A DNA stretch of 64,000 nt, from positions 1-64,000 of the IMG/VR virus record IMGVR_UViG_3300042453_002958; one strand, 5' to 3'. A program made the translations under genes and the position numbers. This document shows positions 19,418-27,802 of the stretch, one piece after another. The number at the start of each line of letters is the position of its first letter. Position 1 is the stretch's first letter. A model generated the notes under the pieces. That model worked only from the letters and a program-made list of their open reading frames with translations. It was not told the origin of the DNA and searched no databases. This stretch comes from a virus.

Positions 19418-20254
19418 ATGACCGAATCTGCGATTGCGGTGACACCGGCCAAGCGGTCGGTGCTGATGACGATGGCGACACGCTACGGGATGGAGCCCGA
19501 AGCGTTCGAGGCGACCGTGCGGGCCACATGCGGCATGGCGGGTGCGACACGCGAGGAGTTCGCGGCGTTCCTGCTCGTCGCGAAGGAATACGCCCTGAAC
19601 CCGGCCACGCGAGAAATCTACGCGTTTCCGAAAAAGGGCGGCGGAATCCAGCCGATCGTGTCCATCGACGGGTGGATCACGATGGGGAACAACCACCCGC
19701 AGATGGATGGCCTCGAGGTCGACTTCCAGCACGACGACGCCGGGAAGTTGGTGTCGGCTACGGCCCGCGTCTTTCGGAAGGATCGGTCGCACCCGGTCGT
19801 CGTGACGGAGTATCTGGCCGAGTGCATCCGGCCGACGGACCCGTGGAAGATGCAGCACCGGATGCTCCGGCACAAGGCGGCGATCCAAGCCTTCCGCTAC
19901 GCGTTCGGCTTCTCGGGGATCATGGAGCCGGACGAAGCCGAGGGGGTCGAGAGCCGGGCGGCCAGCACGACCACGCCCGAGCCGCGCGCGGTGCAAGAGC
20001 TGCCACCGCTGACCGAGGCCGAGTGGCAAAAGCTGATGCCCGCGTGGATCCGTGCGGTCGCGGCCGGCCGCAAAACGGGCGGCGACATCCTCGCCTTTGC
20101 CCGGACGCGGTGGTCGCTGACCGACGGCCAAGCCGACCAGATCATGCTGATCGGCGCCACCGTCGCCGATGACGGCGAAATCGTCGAGGCCGTGGCGGTG
20201 GGCCGCGGTGACGCGTGGGAACCGCCGGTCGGCGACGAAGGGGGTGCCGCATGA
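19418..20254 (+). CDS. bet: Bet/RecT-family single-strand annealing recombinase
   Basis: LNPATREIYAFP...PIVSIDGW...W...RMLRHKA.IQ..RYAFG. Confidence 0.92.
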   Translation: MTESAIAVTPAKRSVLMTMATRYGMEPEAFEATVRATCGMAGATREEFAAFLLVAKEYALNPATREIYAFPKKGGGIQPIVSIDGWITMGNNHPQMDGLEVDFQHDDAGKLVSATARVFRKDRSHPVVVTEYLAECIRPTDPWKMQHRMLRHKAAIQAFRYAFGFSGIMEPDEAEGVESRAASTTTPEPRAVQELPPLTEAEWQKLMPAWIRAVAAGRKTGGDILAFARTRWSLTDGQADQIMLIGATVADDGEIVEAVAVGRGDAWEPPVGDEGGAA

Positions 20255-21933
20255 AGATCATCTCGCTCGCCCAAGGCTCGCCGGAGTGGCTCGCGCACCG
20301 CGCCGCCCACTTCAACGCAAGCGACGCGCCGGCCATGCTCGGGTGCTCCCCGCACAAAAGCCGCCGACAGCTGCTCGCGGAGTGTGCCACGGGCATCACG
20401 CCGGAAGTCGACCCGGCGACGCAACGGCGGTTCAACAACGGCCACCGGCTGGAAGCCCTCGCGCGGCCCATGGCCGAGCAAATCGTCGGCGAGCCGCTCT
20501 ACCCGGTGACGGGCACGAACGGCCGCTACTCCGCGAGTTTCGACGGTCTGACGCTCGGGGGCGAAACCGCATTCGAGCACAAGGCGCTCAACGGCGACAT
20601 CCGGGCCGCGTTCCAATCCGGGGCCGACCTGCCCATGCACTACCGCGTGCAGATGGAGCACCAACTGCTCGTGAGCGGGGCCGGTCGCGTGCTGTTCGTG
20701 GCGAGCGATTGGGACGCCGCCGGGAATCTGCTCGAGTCGCACCACCGCTGGGTCGAATCGGACCCGGTGCTCCGCGAGCGGATCGTGGCCGGATGGACGC
20801 AGTTCGCGGCCGACCTAATGTCCTTCGAGCCGGCCGCGCCGGCGGAAGCGGCGCCGGTGGGAACCGCGCCGGAAACGCTGCCGGCCCTGCGGATCGAAGT
20901 CGAGGGCACCGTCATCGCCAGCAACCTCCAGACGTTCCGCGAAACCGCCATCACGGCAATCCGCCACGTCCGCCGAGACTTGACGACCGATCAGGACTTC
21001 GCGGACGCGGAGCTGTCGGTCAAATGGTGCCGGGAAGTCGAGACCCGGATCGACGCCGCCAAGGCTCACGCGCTGTCGCAGACCGCGTCCATCGAAGAGC
21101 TTTTCCGCACGCTCGACGACGTGTCCGCGGAGGCTCGCCGGGTGCGGCTCGACCTGGAGAAGCTGGTCCGCGGGCGGAAGGATGAAATCCGAACGTCGAT
21201 CGTGGTCGACGCCCAGCGGGCGCTGGCGAAGCATGTCGCCATGCTGTCGGCCGAAACCATGCCCTTCGAGCTTCGGCCGCCGGCGGCGGACTTCGGCGGG
21301 GCGGTCAAGGGGAAGCGTTCGATCACGGCCATGCACGACGCCGTCGACCACGCTCTGGCCGACGCCAAGATGGCCGCGGACGCGGAGGCCCGGGTCGTGC
21401 GAGCAAACGTCGCCGCATTCCGCGACATGGCGGCGGGCCGCGAGTCGCTCTTCCCCGACGGCGGGAAACTGATCGGCATGGAGCCGGCGGCGTTCCGCGA
21501 GTTGGTGGCCGGCCGGATCGCCCGGGCTGACGCGGAAAACGCGGAGCGTGCCCGGAAGGCCGCGGAAGCGGCAACGGCGGCGGCGCCGGAAGCGGCCACG
21601 CCGCCGGCCGTGCTCCACCAAACGACCGGCCCGGGGGCGCCGGAAACCGCGGCGGCGGCCGCGGCGGACGACGACTTCGGCGACGGCGACGAAGCGGCCA
21701 GCGAACCGGCCACGCTGAGCCTTGGCGACATCAACGCCCGGCTCGGGATCACGATGTCGGCCGCGTTCATCGCCAACACGCTGCAAGTGGCGCCAGCCGG
21801 GCGGAATCGCCGGGCGCTGCTGTTCACCGATCGCCAGTTCCGGGCCATCTGCCAGCGGCTGGCGTCGCACGTTCACGCGGTGAGCGCGCGGACTCGTGTT
21901 CGGGAAGTTGCAACGATCGGAGATGAATCATGA
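20251..21933 (+). CDS. YqaJ-like exonuclease with long helical extension
   Basis: QGSPEW, ASDAPAMLG, ASFDG, FEHK, Y.VQMEHQL. Confidence 0.9.
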   Translation: MKIISLAQGSPEWLAHRAAHFNASDAPAMLGCSPHKSRRQLLAECATGITPEVDPATQRRFNNGHRLEALARPMAEQIVGEPLYPVTGTNGRYSASFDGLTLGGETAFEHKALNGDIRAAFQSGADLPMHYRVQMEHQLLVSGAGRVLFVASDWDAAGNLLESHHRWVESDPVLRERIVAGWTQFAADLMSFEPAAPAEAAPVGTAPETLPALRIEVEGTVIASNLQTFRETAITAIRHVRRDLTTDQDFADAELSVKWCREVETRIDAAKAHALSQTASIEELFRTLDDVSAEARRVRLDLEKLVRGRKDEIRTSIVVDAQRALAKHVAMLSAETMPFELRPPAADFGGAVKGKRSITAMHDAVDHALADAKMAADAEARVVRANVAAFRDMAAGRESLFPDGGKLIGMEPAAFRELVAGRIARADAENAERARKAAEAATAAAPEAATPPAVLHQTTGPGAPETAAAAAADDDFGDGDEAASEPATLSLGDINARLGITMSAAFIANTLQVAPAGRNRRALLFTDRQFRAICQRLASHVHAVSARTRVREVATIGDES

Positions 21934-22166
21934 TCCGGCGAGCCTTGCGGTGGATCTTCGGGATCGACGCGTTCGAGCGGATGGAGGCCGAGCTGCACCA
22001 AATGGAAGTCCACCGTAAAGCCTACCGTGACAACGCGCGGAGTCTTTCGGAGGAAAACTCGCGGCTCCGAAAAACGATCGCCGAGCAGCGGTCGCTGCTC
22101 GTGATGCTCCGCGACGTGAATCGCGAGATGGACGAACGTATCGGGAAGTTGGAGGGTGTCGCGTGA
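21930..22166 (+). CDS. Coiled-coil hypothetical protein
   Basis: ATGA-coupled ORF. Confidence 0.55.
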   Translation: MIRRALRWIFGIDAFERMEAELHQMEVHRKAYRDNARSLSEENSRLRKTIAEQRSLLVMLRDVNREMDERIGKLEGVA

Positions 22167-22348
22167 AGTCCCCGGAAGCCAGGGAATACGAGCGGCTCGA
22201 CCGGCATATCCGCACGGCAAACAGCGTCCGCGAGCTGCTGATATGGGACGCCGGGCGGGCAATGGCCGCGCTGCCGGCCACGCACGACAAGGCGCTCGCC
22301 CGAGCGGTGGCCGCGCGAATGCAGCACCTGACGGGGCGGAAGCCATGA
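22163..22348 (+). CDS. Hypothetical protein
   Basis: GTGA-coupled, GGAGG RBS. Confidence 0.5.
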   Translation: MKSPEAREYERLDRHIRTANSVRELLIWDAGRAMAALPATHDKALARAVAARMQHLTGRKP

Positions 22349-22701
22349 GCGACTATTGGCCAGAGCGAACGGACTTCGGGCCGCTGTTCTCCGCGCCCAA
22401 GGCCCGCGCGAGCGATCCGCCGACATCCCACGCGGCCGCGCGATCACGCGGCCTGACCGGCCAAAAGCTGCTCGTGTACGAAGCCCTCGCCGCCGGCCCT
22501 GCCGGCCAGACCGAGCTCGGCCAGCGGATCGGGATGGACGCCCACCGCGTCAACAAGCGGCTCGCGGACCTCGAAAGCGAAGGGCTTGCCGCGCCGACGG
22601 GCGACGAAGTTCGCAACGCTGGCGGGTGCCTGGAGCGGGTTTGGCGACGGATCGCAACCAATGCGGAATCGAATGGAGGCCAGCATGGCACGGAAGCCTG
22701 A
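22345..22701 (+). CDS. Winged-helix DNA-binding protein
   Basis: ARASDPPTSHAAA motif; ELGQRIG...KRLADLESEGL. Confidence 0.7.
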   Translation: MSDYWPERTDFGPLFSAPKARASDPPTSHAAARSRGLTGQKLLVYEALAAGPAGQTELGQRIGMDAHRVNKRLADLESEGLAAPTGDEVRNAGGCLERVWRRIATNAESNGGQHGTEA

Positions 22702-23731
22702 CACGCGGCACGTTCTGCCGCTGTTTTGCGACGACCTGATCGCGTCCACCGTGGACATGACGCCCGCGTGCTTCGGCGCGTACATGCGGCTCATCTGCTA
22801 CGCGTGGACGCGCGGCGGACTGCCGAACGACGAGCGAGCATGCGATCGGATCGCCGGCGGGATGGAGCCGGGGGATTGGGACACCATCCGGCCGCGACTG
22901 ATCGAGCTGGACGACGGCCGCTTGAGCCACGACCGCCTCGAGCGGGAGCGGGCGGCGGTTGACAGCATGGCCGAGAAGCGATCCGAAGCCGGCCGGAAGG
23001 GAAACGACACCCGCTGGGGATCGCAAACGGATCGCAAAGCGATCGCAAACGGATCGCAAAGCGATCGCAAAGCCATCGCAAACGAATCGCGTGCTTCTTC
23101 GGATTCTGCGCCATGGCCCGTCGACCGGGCCGGATGTCGGGAATCCGATTCGGAATCGAGTTCCATCGACACCCGCGAATCTCCGGCAAAAACCGCGGTT
23201 CGATCGCAAAGCGATCGCAAACGGATCGCAAACGGATCGCAAAGCGATCGCAAAACGATCGCCCCTACTCCTACCCTACTCCTACCCAAGCAAGAGGAAA
23301 GACAATACGCGCGCGCCGACGGCGAAACGCCGCAGCCGGGGGCCGGGAACGCGGGGCCAGAGCCGGGGGCCGACGGGGACCCCGCGGCGGCCACGAAGCC
23401 CGCGGCCCGCCCGCGGCGGCCCGGATGGGTGCATGACGAGTGGGCGCGGATCGTCGAGGTGTGGAACGCGACCGATCGCGCCGTGCCCTGGACGCTCGTG
23501 ACGCCGCCGAACGGATTCGCCGACCTTGCCGCGTCCCCGGGGTGGGTCGCGCAAGCCCTCGCGGCGGTCGCCATGCTCCCCGAGTGCCGACGGTTCGAGC
23601 GGCCCGTGCCGTGGACGCAGTTCGTGCGGGATCTGGACCGGATTATCGCCGGCGAGTTCCGCGATCCGAGGGAGGCCCCGCGCCAGCTGGCCGCAGCCGG
23701 GGGCCGCCCGCAACGAAGGGGAAATCTATGA
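22685..23731 (+). CDS. Replication initiator (YdaU/DUF1376-like N-terminus)
   Basis: PLFCDDLIAST...GAYMRLICYAW..GGLP; internal iterons. Confidence 0.8.
   Translation: MARKPDTRHVLPLFCDDLIASTVDMTPACFGAYMRLICYAWTRGGLPNDERACDRIAGGMEPGDWDTIRPRLIELDDGRLSHDRLERERAAVDSMAEKRSEAGRKGNDTRWGSQTDRKAIANGSQSDRKAIANESRASSDSAPWPVDRAGCRESDSESSSIDTRESPAKTAVRSQSDRKRIANGSQSDRKTIAPTPTLLLPKQEERQYARADGETPQPGAGNAGPEPGADGDPAAATKPAARPRRPGWVHDEWARIVEVWNATDRAVPWTLVTPPNGFADLAASPGWVAQALAAVAMLPECRRFERPVPWTQFVRDLDRIIAGEFRDPREAPRQLAAAGGRPQRRGNL
23019..23262 (+). repeat. Two arrays of 11-bp-period iterons GATCGCAAA(CG/GC): putative origin
   Basis: About 6-7 units at 23019-23090 and 5-6 units at 23202-23262 inside the initiator gene. 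Confidence 0.8.
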
Positions 23732-24321
23732 GCCGGACGTGGGACGAAAACCGCGAGACGATCAACGGGCTCTGGCCGATGGCGCAGTTCACCGCGGAGG
23801 AAGCCGATCTGTGGCGATCCGACCTGGAGCCGCTGAACCAAGACGCGCTGTTCGAGGCGATCCGGCAGGTGAAACGGTCCCGGGACTCAGTCTACCCGCA
23901 ACTCGCTTGGGTGCATGACGCGTATCGCCAGCTGCGGGCGGCGCAGCGTGTCGCCGAGCGGATGCACGACGAGCGCCAGCCGGCCTACTCCGGGGAGCGA
24001 CTCGTGATCGACGCGGAGGATAGCCGCCGGCTTCGGGCGCAGTTCGAGGCGGACATCGGCGCCGCAGCGACGATCGAAGCCCTCGACCACGTCGCCGCTT
24101 CGATCGCGGCGTCGCTCGAGCGGATGGAGGCCGTGGCGGCGGTCGTGCTCTGCGGGAAAGTGCGGGAGGCCCGGCAGCGGCTCGAGCACCCGGAAATCCC
24201 CCAGCGGTCGGCGCCATCCATGCGGTCGGCGCCGCGGGACGCGCGCGAGTGGCACGGCGAAGAGCACTCGCGATCGGAGTTCCTCCGCGTGCTGTCCGAT
24301 TCCGAGCTCGGCCGGGATTGA
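23728..24321 (+). CDS. Putative helicase loader/inhibitor-like protein
   Basis: Directly follows initiator; W...L..L...L..AI....YP pattern. Confidence 0.4.
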   Translation: MSRTWDENRETINGLWPMAQFTAEEADLWRSDLEPLNQDALFEAIRQVKRSRDSVYPQLAWVHDAYRQLRAAQRVAERMHDERQPAYSGERLVIDAEDSRRLRAQFEADIGAAATIEALDHVAASIAASLERMEAVAAVVLCGKVREARQRLEHPEIPQRSAPSMRSAPRDAREWHGEEHSRSEFLRVLSDSELGRD

Positions 24322-24377
24322 AGAAGTGCCCCCCGTCGCGACACGATACAACCATGGATGCGAGCACGGACGCGAGC

Positions 24378-24866
24378 ATGAATGCCAGAACGGTCATCGG
24401 CATCGACCCCGGGCCGCGGGAGTCGGCGTTCGTCGCGTGGGATGGCGAACGCGTGGTGTCGGCGGGAGACATGCCGAACCACCAGTTGGTGGCCTACCTG
24501 GACTCCGCGTCGTCGCCGGTCGCATGCGAGTGGATCGAATCGTTCGGGATGTCGGTCGGCCGCGAAGTGTTCGAGACCGTCTTCGCGATCGGGATGTTTT
24601 CCACGCGCGTCGCGAGAATGCGGCTGGTGCCGCGGCGTGACGTGAAGTTGCACCTATGCTCGTCTGTCCGGGCGAAAGACGGGAACATCCGCCAAGCCCT
24701 GATCGACCGCTTCGGCGCCGTCGGCACGAAGCGGAACCCGGGGCCGCTGGCCGGAATCAGCCAGCACCGATGGGCGGCCCTCGCCGTCGCGGTGACGGCA
24801 TTCGACCTAGCGGTCACGGACCACGAAGCCACGTTCCACCGCGATCACGCGAACGTGGTGGCATGA
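24378..24866 (+). CDS. RuvC-like Holliday junction resolvase
   Basis: VIGIDPG, ACEWI, KDGNIRQALIDRFG, ALAVA. Confidence 0.75.
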   Translation: MNARTVIGIDPGPRESAFVAWDGERVVSAGDMPNHQLVAYLDSASSPVACEWIESFGMSVGREVFETVFAIGMFSTRVARMRLVPRRDVKLHLCSSVRAKDGNIRQALIDRFGAVGTKRNPGPLAGISQHRWAALAVAVTAFDLAVTDHEATFHRDHANVVA

Positions 24867-25372
24867 TGGTCGCAGATCACACCGCCGCCGACGTGCTCGC
24901 GTTCGTGGCCGCGAGTGCCGCGCGCTACGTCGCGCGATCCGGGGGCGACGCGGAGGAAATCACGCAGCGGATCATGCTGGCCATCGGCGAGCCGGTGAGG
25001 CACGGCGAATCCGAGTGGGCCTACACCGTGACGGCGGTGCGGAACGCGGTCGCTTCGATCGCGCGGCACGACCGGCGACTCCGTCGTTTTCCGGCGGTGC
25101 CCGTCGTCTCCGCGCACTCCGGGATCGCGCAACGCGACGCGATGTCCGATCAGGAGCGGATCGAGCTGCGAATCGACATCGACGCGTGCCTGGAGCGTGA
25201 AGGTGAGCAGGTGAGGCGGCTTTGCCGATTGCTCGAGACGATGAGCGTCGCGGAGGCGTCGCGCGTGATGAACGTGCCGCGGTCGACGCTCGCCGGCTGG
25301 CTTGCCGGGCTGCGCGACCGGATGGAGGCGAAGGGGCTGTCGCCGGGCCGAAAAGGTACTCCCGGCGGTTGA
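24863..25372 (+). CDS. ECF sigma factor-like late regulator
   Basis: DAEEITQ, VRNAV region-2-like; SVAEASRVMNVPRSTL region-4 HTH. Confidence 0.65.
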   Translation: MMVADHTAADVLAFVAASAARYVARSGGDAEEITQRIMLAIGEPVRHGESEWAYTVTAVRNAVASIARHDRRLRRFPAVPVVSAHSGIAQRDAMSDQERIELRIDIDACLEREGEQVRRLCRLLETMSVAEASRVMNVPRSTLAGWLAGLRDRMEAKGLSPGRKGTPGG

Positions 25373-25456
25373 AAAAAACCCCCACGGCCTACGGAACGAC
25401 CGACTATTCAGTCAAACTTGTCCCACCAAAAAAAAGAATGAACCGGCGGCCCCCTC

Positions 25457-25485
25457 TTGACGTATGGTATCCAGTCGGATATCAT
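25457..25485 (+). promoter_or_regulatory. Cassette promoter A1 with operator in spacer
   Basis: TTGACG-17-TATCAT; palindrome TATCC-AGTC-GGATA. Confidence 0.85.
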
Positions 25486-25537
25486 ACAGACGTGCGAGCG
25501 AATGAGACTCGCAAAACGAAAACGGGAACCCGCGACC

Positions 25538-25810
25538 ATGACCACGACTGCGACCAGCTGGAAAAAAGGCGACCGCGTGAAACTGACCACGACCACCGCC
25601 GGCCCCGAGTTGCTCGAGATCGTGAGCTTTCGCCGTACCGGCGCCGAGCAGCGCGTCGTGCTCGCGGACGCTGAAACCGCGGCCCGAATCCGGGCCGGTG
25701 AAGTCGACGCCCGAATCGTCGTCCTCACCGGAATCGGCGGCCGCGTTCGCGAGATTGAAACGCAGCGATTCCACCGGCTTGCCGCCCGCGGGCTCGCCGT
25801 CCACGCCTGA
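25538..25810 (+). CDS. Cassette orphan protein A-1
   Basis: Follows promoter A1; GACCATGACC start. Confidence 0.65.
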   Translation: MTTTATSWKKGDRVKLTTTTAGPELLEIVSFRRTGAEQRVVLADAETAARIRAGEVDARIVVLTGIGGRVREIETQRFHRLAARGLAVHA

Positions 25811-25840
25811 CCACCAAGGAATAAACCGCCGGCCGCCCTC

Positions 25841-25869
25841 TTGACGAATGGTATCCAATCGGATATCAT
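25841..25869 (+). promoter_or_regulatory. Cassette promoter A2 with operator in spacer
   Basis: TTGACG-17-TATCAT; TATCC-AATC-GGATA. Confidence 0.85.
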
Positions 25870-25897
25870 TACGGTAACACGGGAGAGAAAACGAATC

Positions 25898-26386
25898 ATG
25901 TCGACGATCGAAGTGATGGGGATGGCCGAGGAAGGAACTTGCCAGCACTGCGGGACGAACTGCCCTCGCCGGCGGGTTGCTGTCCGCGCCGTCTACGCCG
26001 ACGGCTCCACGGGCGAAGTCGAGCTTTGGGGTGTCGTCTGCGCCGGCTCGGCCCGGTACGGTCGCCGGACTGCGGCGAACGGAAACCGCGTCCGCCAGGA
26101 CGCCGAGCACGCGGACCGCGTCGCGGAGCTGGACCGGCTCGACCGCGAGCGTCGCTTCGCCTACCGCGTCGCCGGCGAAGTGCCGGTCGAGGGCGGGCCG
26201 CGGAACGCCGCGAATCTTCGCTACCGCCGGACCGGACGGCCGATCGTCGGCAGCTACTTCCTCGCCGACGAAGCGGGGCGGATTGTGCGCGTCGACGGGA
26301 CCGATCCCGCTGACGTAAAGCTGTTCGCCGACCGCGGCTTCACGACCCCGGTGTCCTCGCCGGTTCCCACCGCGATCCACGCCTGA
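25898..26386 (+). CDS. Cassette protein A-2 with putative Zn finger
   Basis: CQHCG...WGVVCA; GGGAG RBS. Confidence 0.65.
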   Translation: MSTIEVMGMAEEGTCQHCGTNCPRRRVAVRAVYADGSTGEVELWGVVCAGSARYGRRTAANGNRVRQDAEHADRVAELDRLDRERRFAYRVAGEVPVEGGPRNAANLRYRRTGRPIVGSYFLADEAGRIVRVDGTDPADVKLFADRGFTTPVSSPVPTAIHA

Positions 26387-26403
26387 ACACCACGGAGCAT
26401 TCA

Positions 26404-26667
26404 ATGCGATACTACGAAGTGAAGACCGCGAACACGACCTACTACCTGCGCGCGGATGCCGGCCGCGTCCACCACGACGGAATCAACCGCGACGCCACCA
26501 CCGACGTGTGGGGCGGCCGGTTCCAGTTCTTCACGCTGGCCGGGACGAAAATGCCCCGCGTCGGGTGCCCGATGCACGGCCAAAATGCTACGGGCCGCAT
26601 CCAAACAAGCCCGGTTCGGTCCGTTCGCAGAATCGGGGTCCGCGAGTTCACGCGGGCGGGTGCCTGA
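26404..26667 (+). CDS. Cassette orphan protein A-3
   Basis: CACGGAG RBS. Confidence 0.6.
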   Translation: MRYYEVKTANTTYYLRADAGRVHHDGINRDATTDVWGGRFQFFTLAGTKMPRVGCPMHGQNATGRIQTSPVRSVRRIGVREFTRAGA

Positions 26668-26669
26668 CC

Positions 26670-26861
26670 ATGAAAATCGACCCCGCCCACTACGTTCGAG
26701 TCGGAACCGCCGCGAAAATCGCCGGAGTGACGCGTGCCTACGTTCGCCGACTGATACACGAGCAAAAGCTCGAGGCGATCCCGCTGGACGGGATCTTTCT
26801 GGTGCGTCGACGTGACGCCGAAGCCCTGAAACGCCACCGCGAGGAGCGCGACCATGACTGA
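26670..26861 (+). CDS. Small excisionase-like (HTH_17/MerR-type) HTH protein
   Basis: MKIDPAHYVRVGTAAKIAGVTRAYVRRLI; homolog of 55302-55535. Confidence 0.75.
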   Translation: MKIDPAHYVRVGTAAKIAGVTRAYVRRLIHEQKLEAIPLDGIFLVRRRDAEALKRHREERDHD

Positions 26862-27525
26862 CCTGCCGACGCGACAGAATCCGCTGCTGTTCGACAAAAC
26901 CGACCCCGTCGTCGACCCGGACGTGATCCGAAAAGCGCACGTCACGGTGGTGCGGGAGCGGAAACGCGACATCCGCGATTTGCGACGCAAGGAAAACGCC
27001 GCCGAAGCCGTCTCCGGCCTGCACCTGGACGGCCGCGAAATCTTCGGGCTGACGAAGGGCCAGTTTTCGCTGACCGACATGATCGACGCCGCGCTGGCCA
27101 TCACCGGGCCGGCCGAGTTGCACGTCTCGACCTGGACCGCCGCGAATACGGACGTGTCGAAAATGCTCGAGATGATCGGGTCCGGGAAGCTGACTGCCGC
27201 GCGGTGGCTTGTGGACGTGACGTTCGTGCGACGCGCCCCCCAGCTGGCGGCCCGTATCCGCGAAGCGTTCGGCGCCGACGCGATCCGCGTCACCCGGACA
27301 CACGCCAAGTTTTCCGTGATTCGGAACCAGACGTGGTCGGTCGTGGTGCGCACCAGCATGAATCTCAACCACAACCCGCGGCTCGAAGACTTCACGATCG
27401 CCCACGACCCGGAGCTCGCCGCGTTTCTTTTGGAGGCCATGGACGATGTCTGGAAAACGCAAAAGCGAACAATCGCCGACGGAAGCCACACCGCCGCCAC
27501 CGAGTGGTGGCATCGCCACGGCTGA
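26854..27525 (+). CDS. Phospholipase D-like (HxK) nuclease-fold protein
   Basis: HAKF...TSMNLN.NPRLE. Confidence 0.65.
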   Translation: MTDLPTRQNPLLFDKTDPVVDPDVIRKAHVTVVRERKRDIRDLRRKENAAEAVSGLHLDGREIFGLTKGQFSLTDMIDAALAITGPAELHVSTWTAANTDVSKMLEMIGSGKLTAARWLVDVTFVRRAPQLAARIREAFGADAIRVTRTHAKFSVIRNQTWSVVVRTSMNLNHNPRLEDFTIAHDPELAAFLLEAMDDVWKTQKRTIADGSHTAATEWWHRHG

Positions 27526-27802
27526 ACCGCCCGCCACGATCGCCGTGGTGCAATGGCTGATAAGCGGCGCGAGCGAGCACGATGTCGTCGAGGCATTGCG
27601 GGCCAAGTACCCCGGGACAGACGCCCGCAAAACCATGGCGGCCGTGTTCGAATACTTCGCGCACGAAGGAGCGCCAGACGCGGACGCCCTCCGCGGGTTC
27701 GTGCTGACCGCATACCGCGAGCTGTACCGCCGCATGCTGGACATCGGCGACTTCGATGGCGCCCGAAAAGTGCTCAAGAATATCACCGAGGTAGGACTGT
27801 GA
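27446..27802 (+). CDS. Putative terminase small subunit
   Basis: Position immediately before large subunit; start uncertain. Confidence 0.45.
   Translation: MSGKRKSEQSPTEATPPPPSGGIATAEPPATIAVVQWLISGASEHDVVEALRAKYPGTDARKTMAAVFEYFAHEGAPDADALRGFVLTAYRELYRRMLDIGDFDGARKVLKNITEVGL

Noticed and set aside
23019-23262. CRISPR array
   Set aside because: Contiguous 11-bp tandem units with no spacers, inside a CDS; no cas genes
25420-26400. Integron cassette array
   Set aside because: No attC-type RYYYAAC/GTTRRRY inverted cores recognised; cassettes carry their own promoters; no IntI-like gene adjacent
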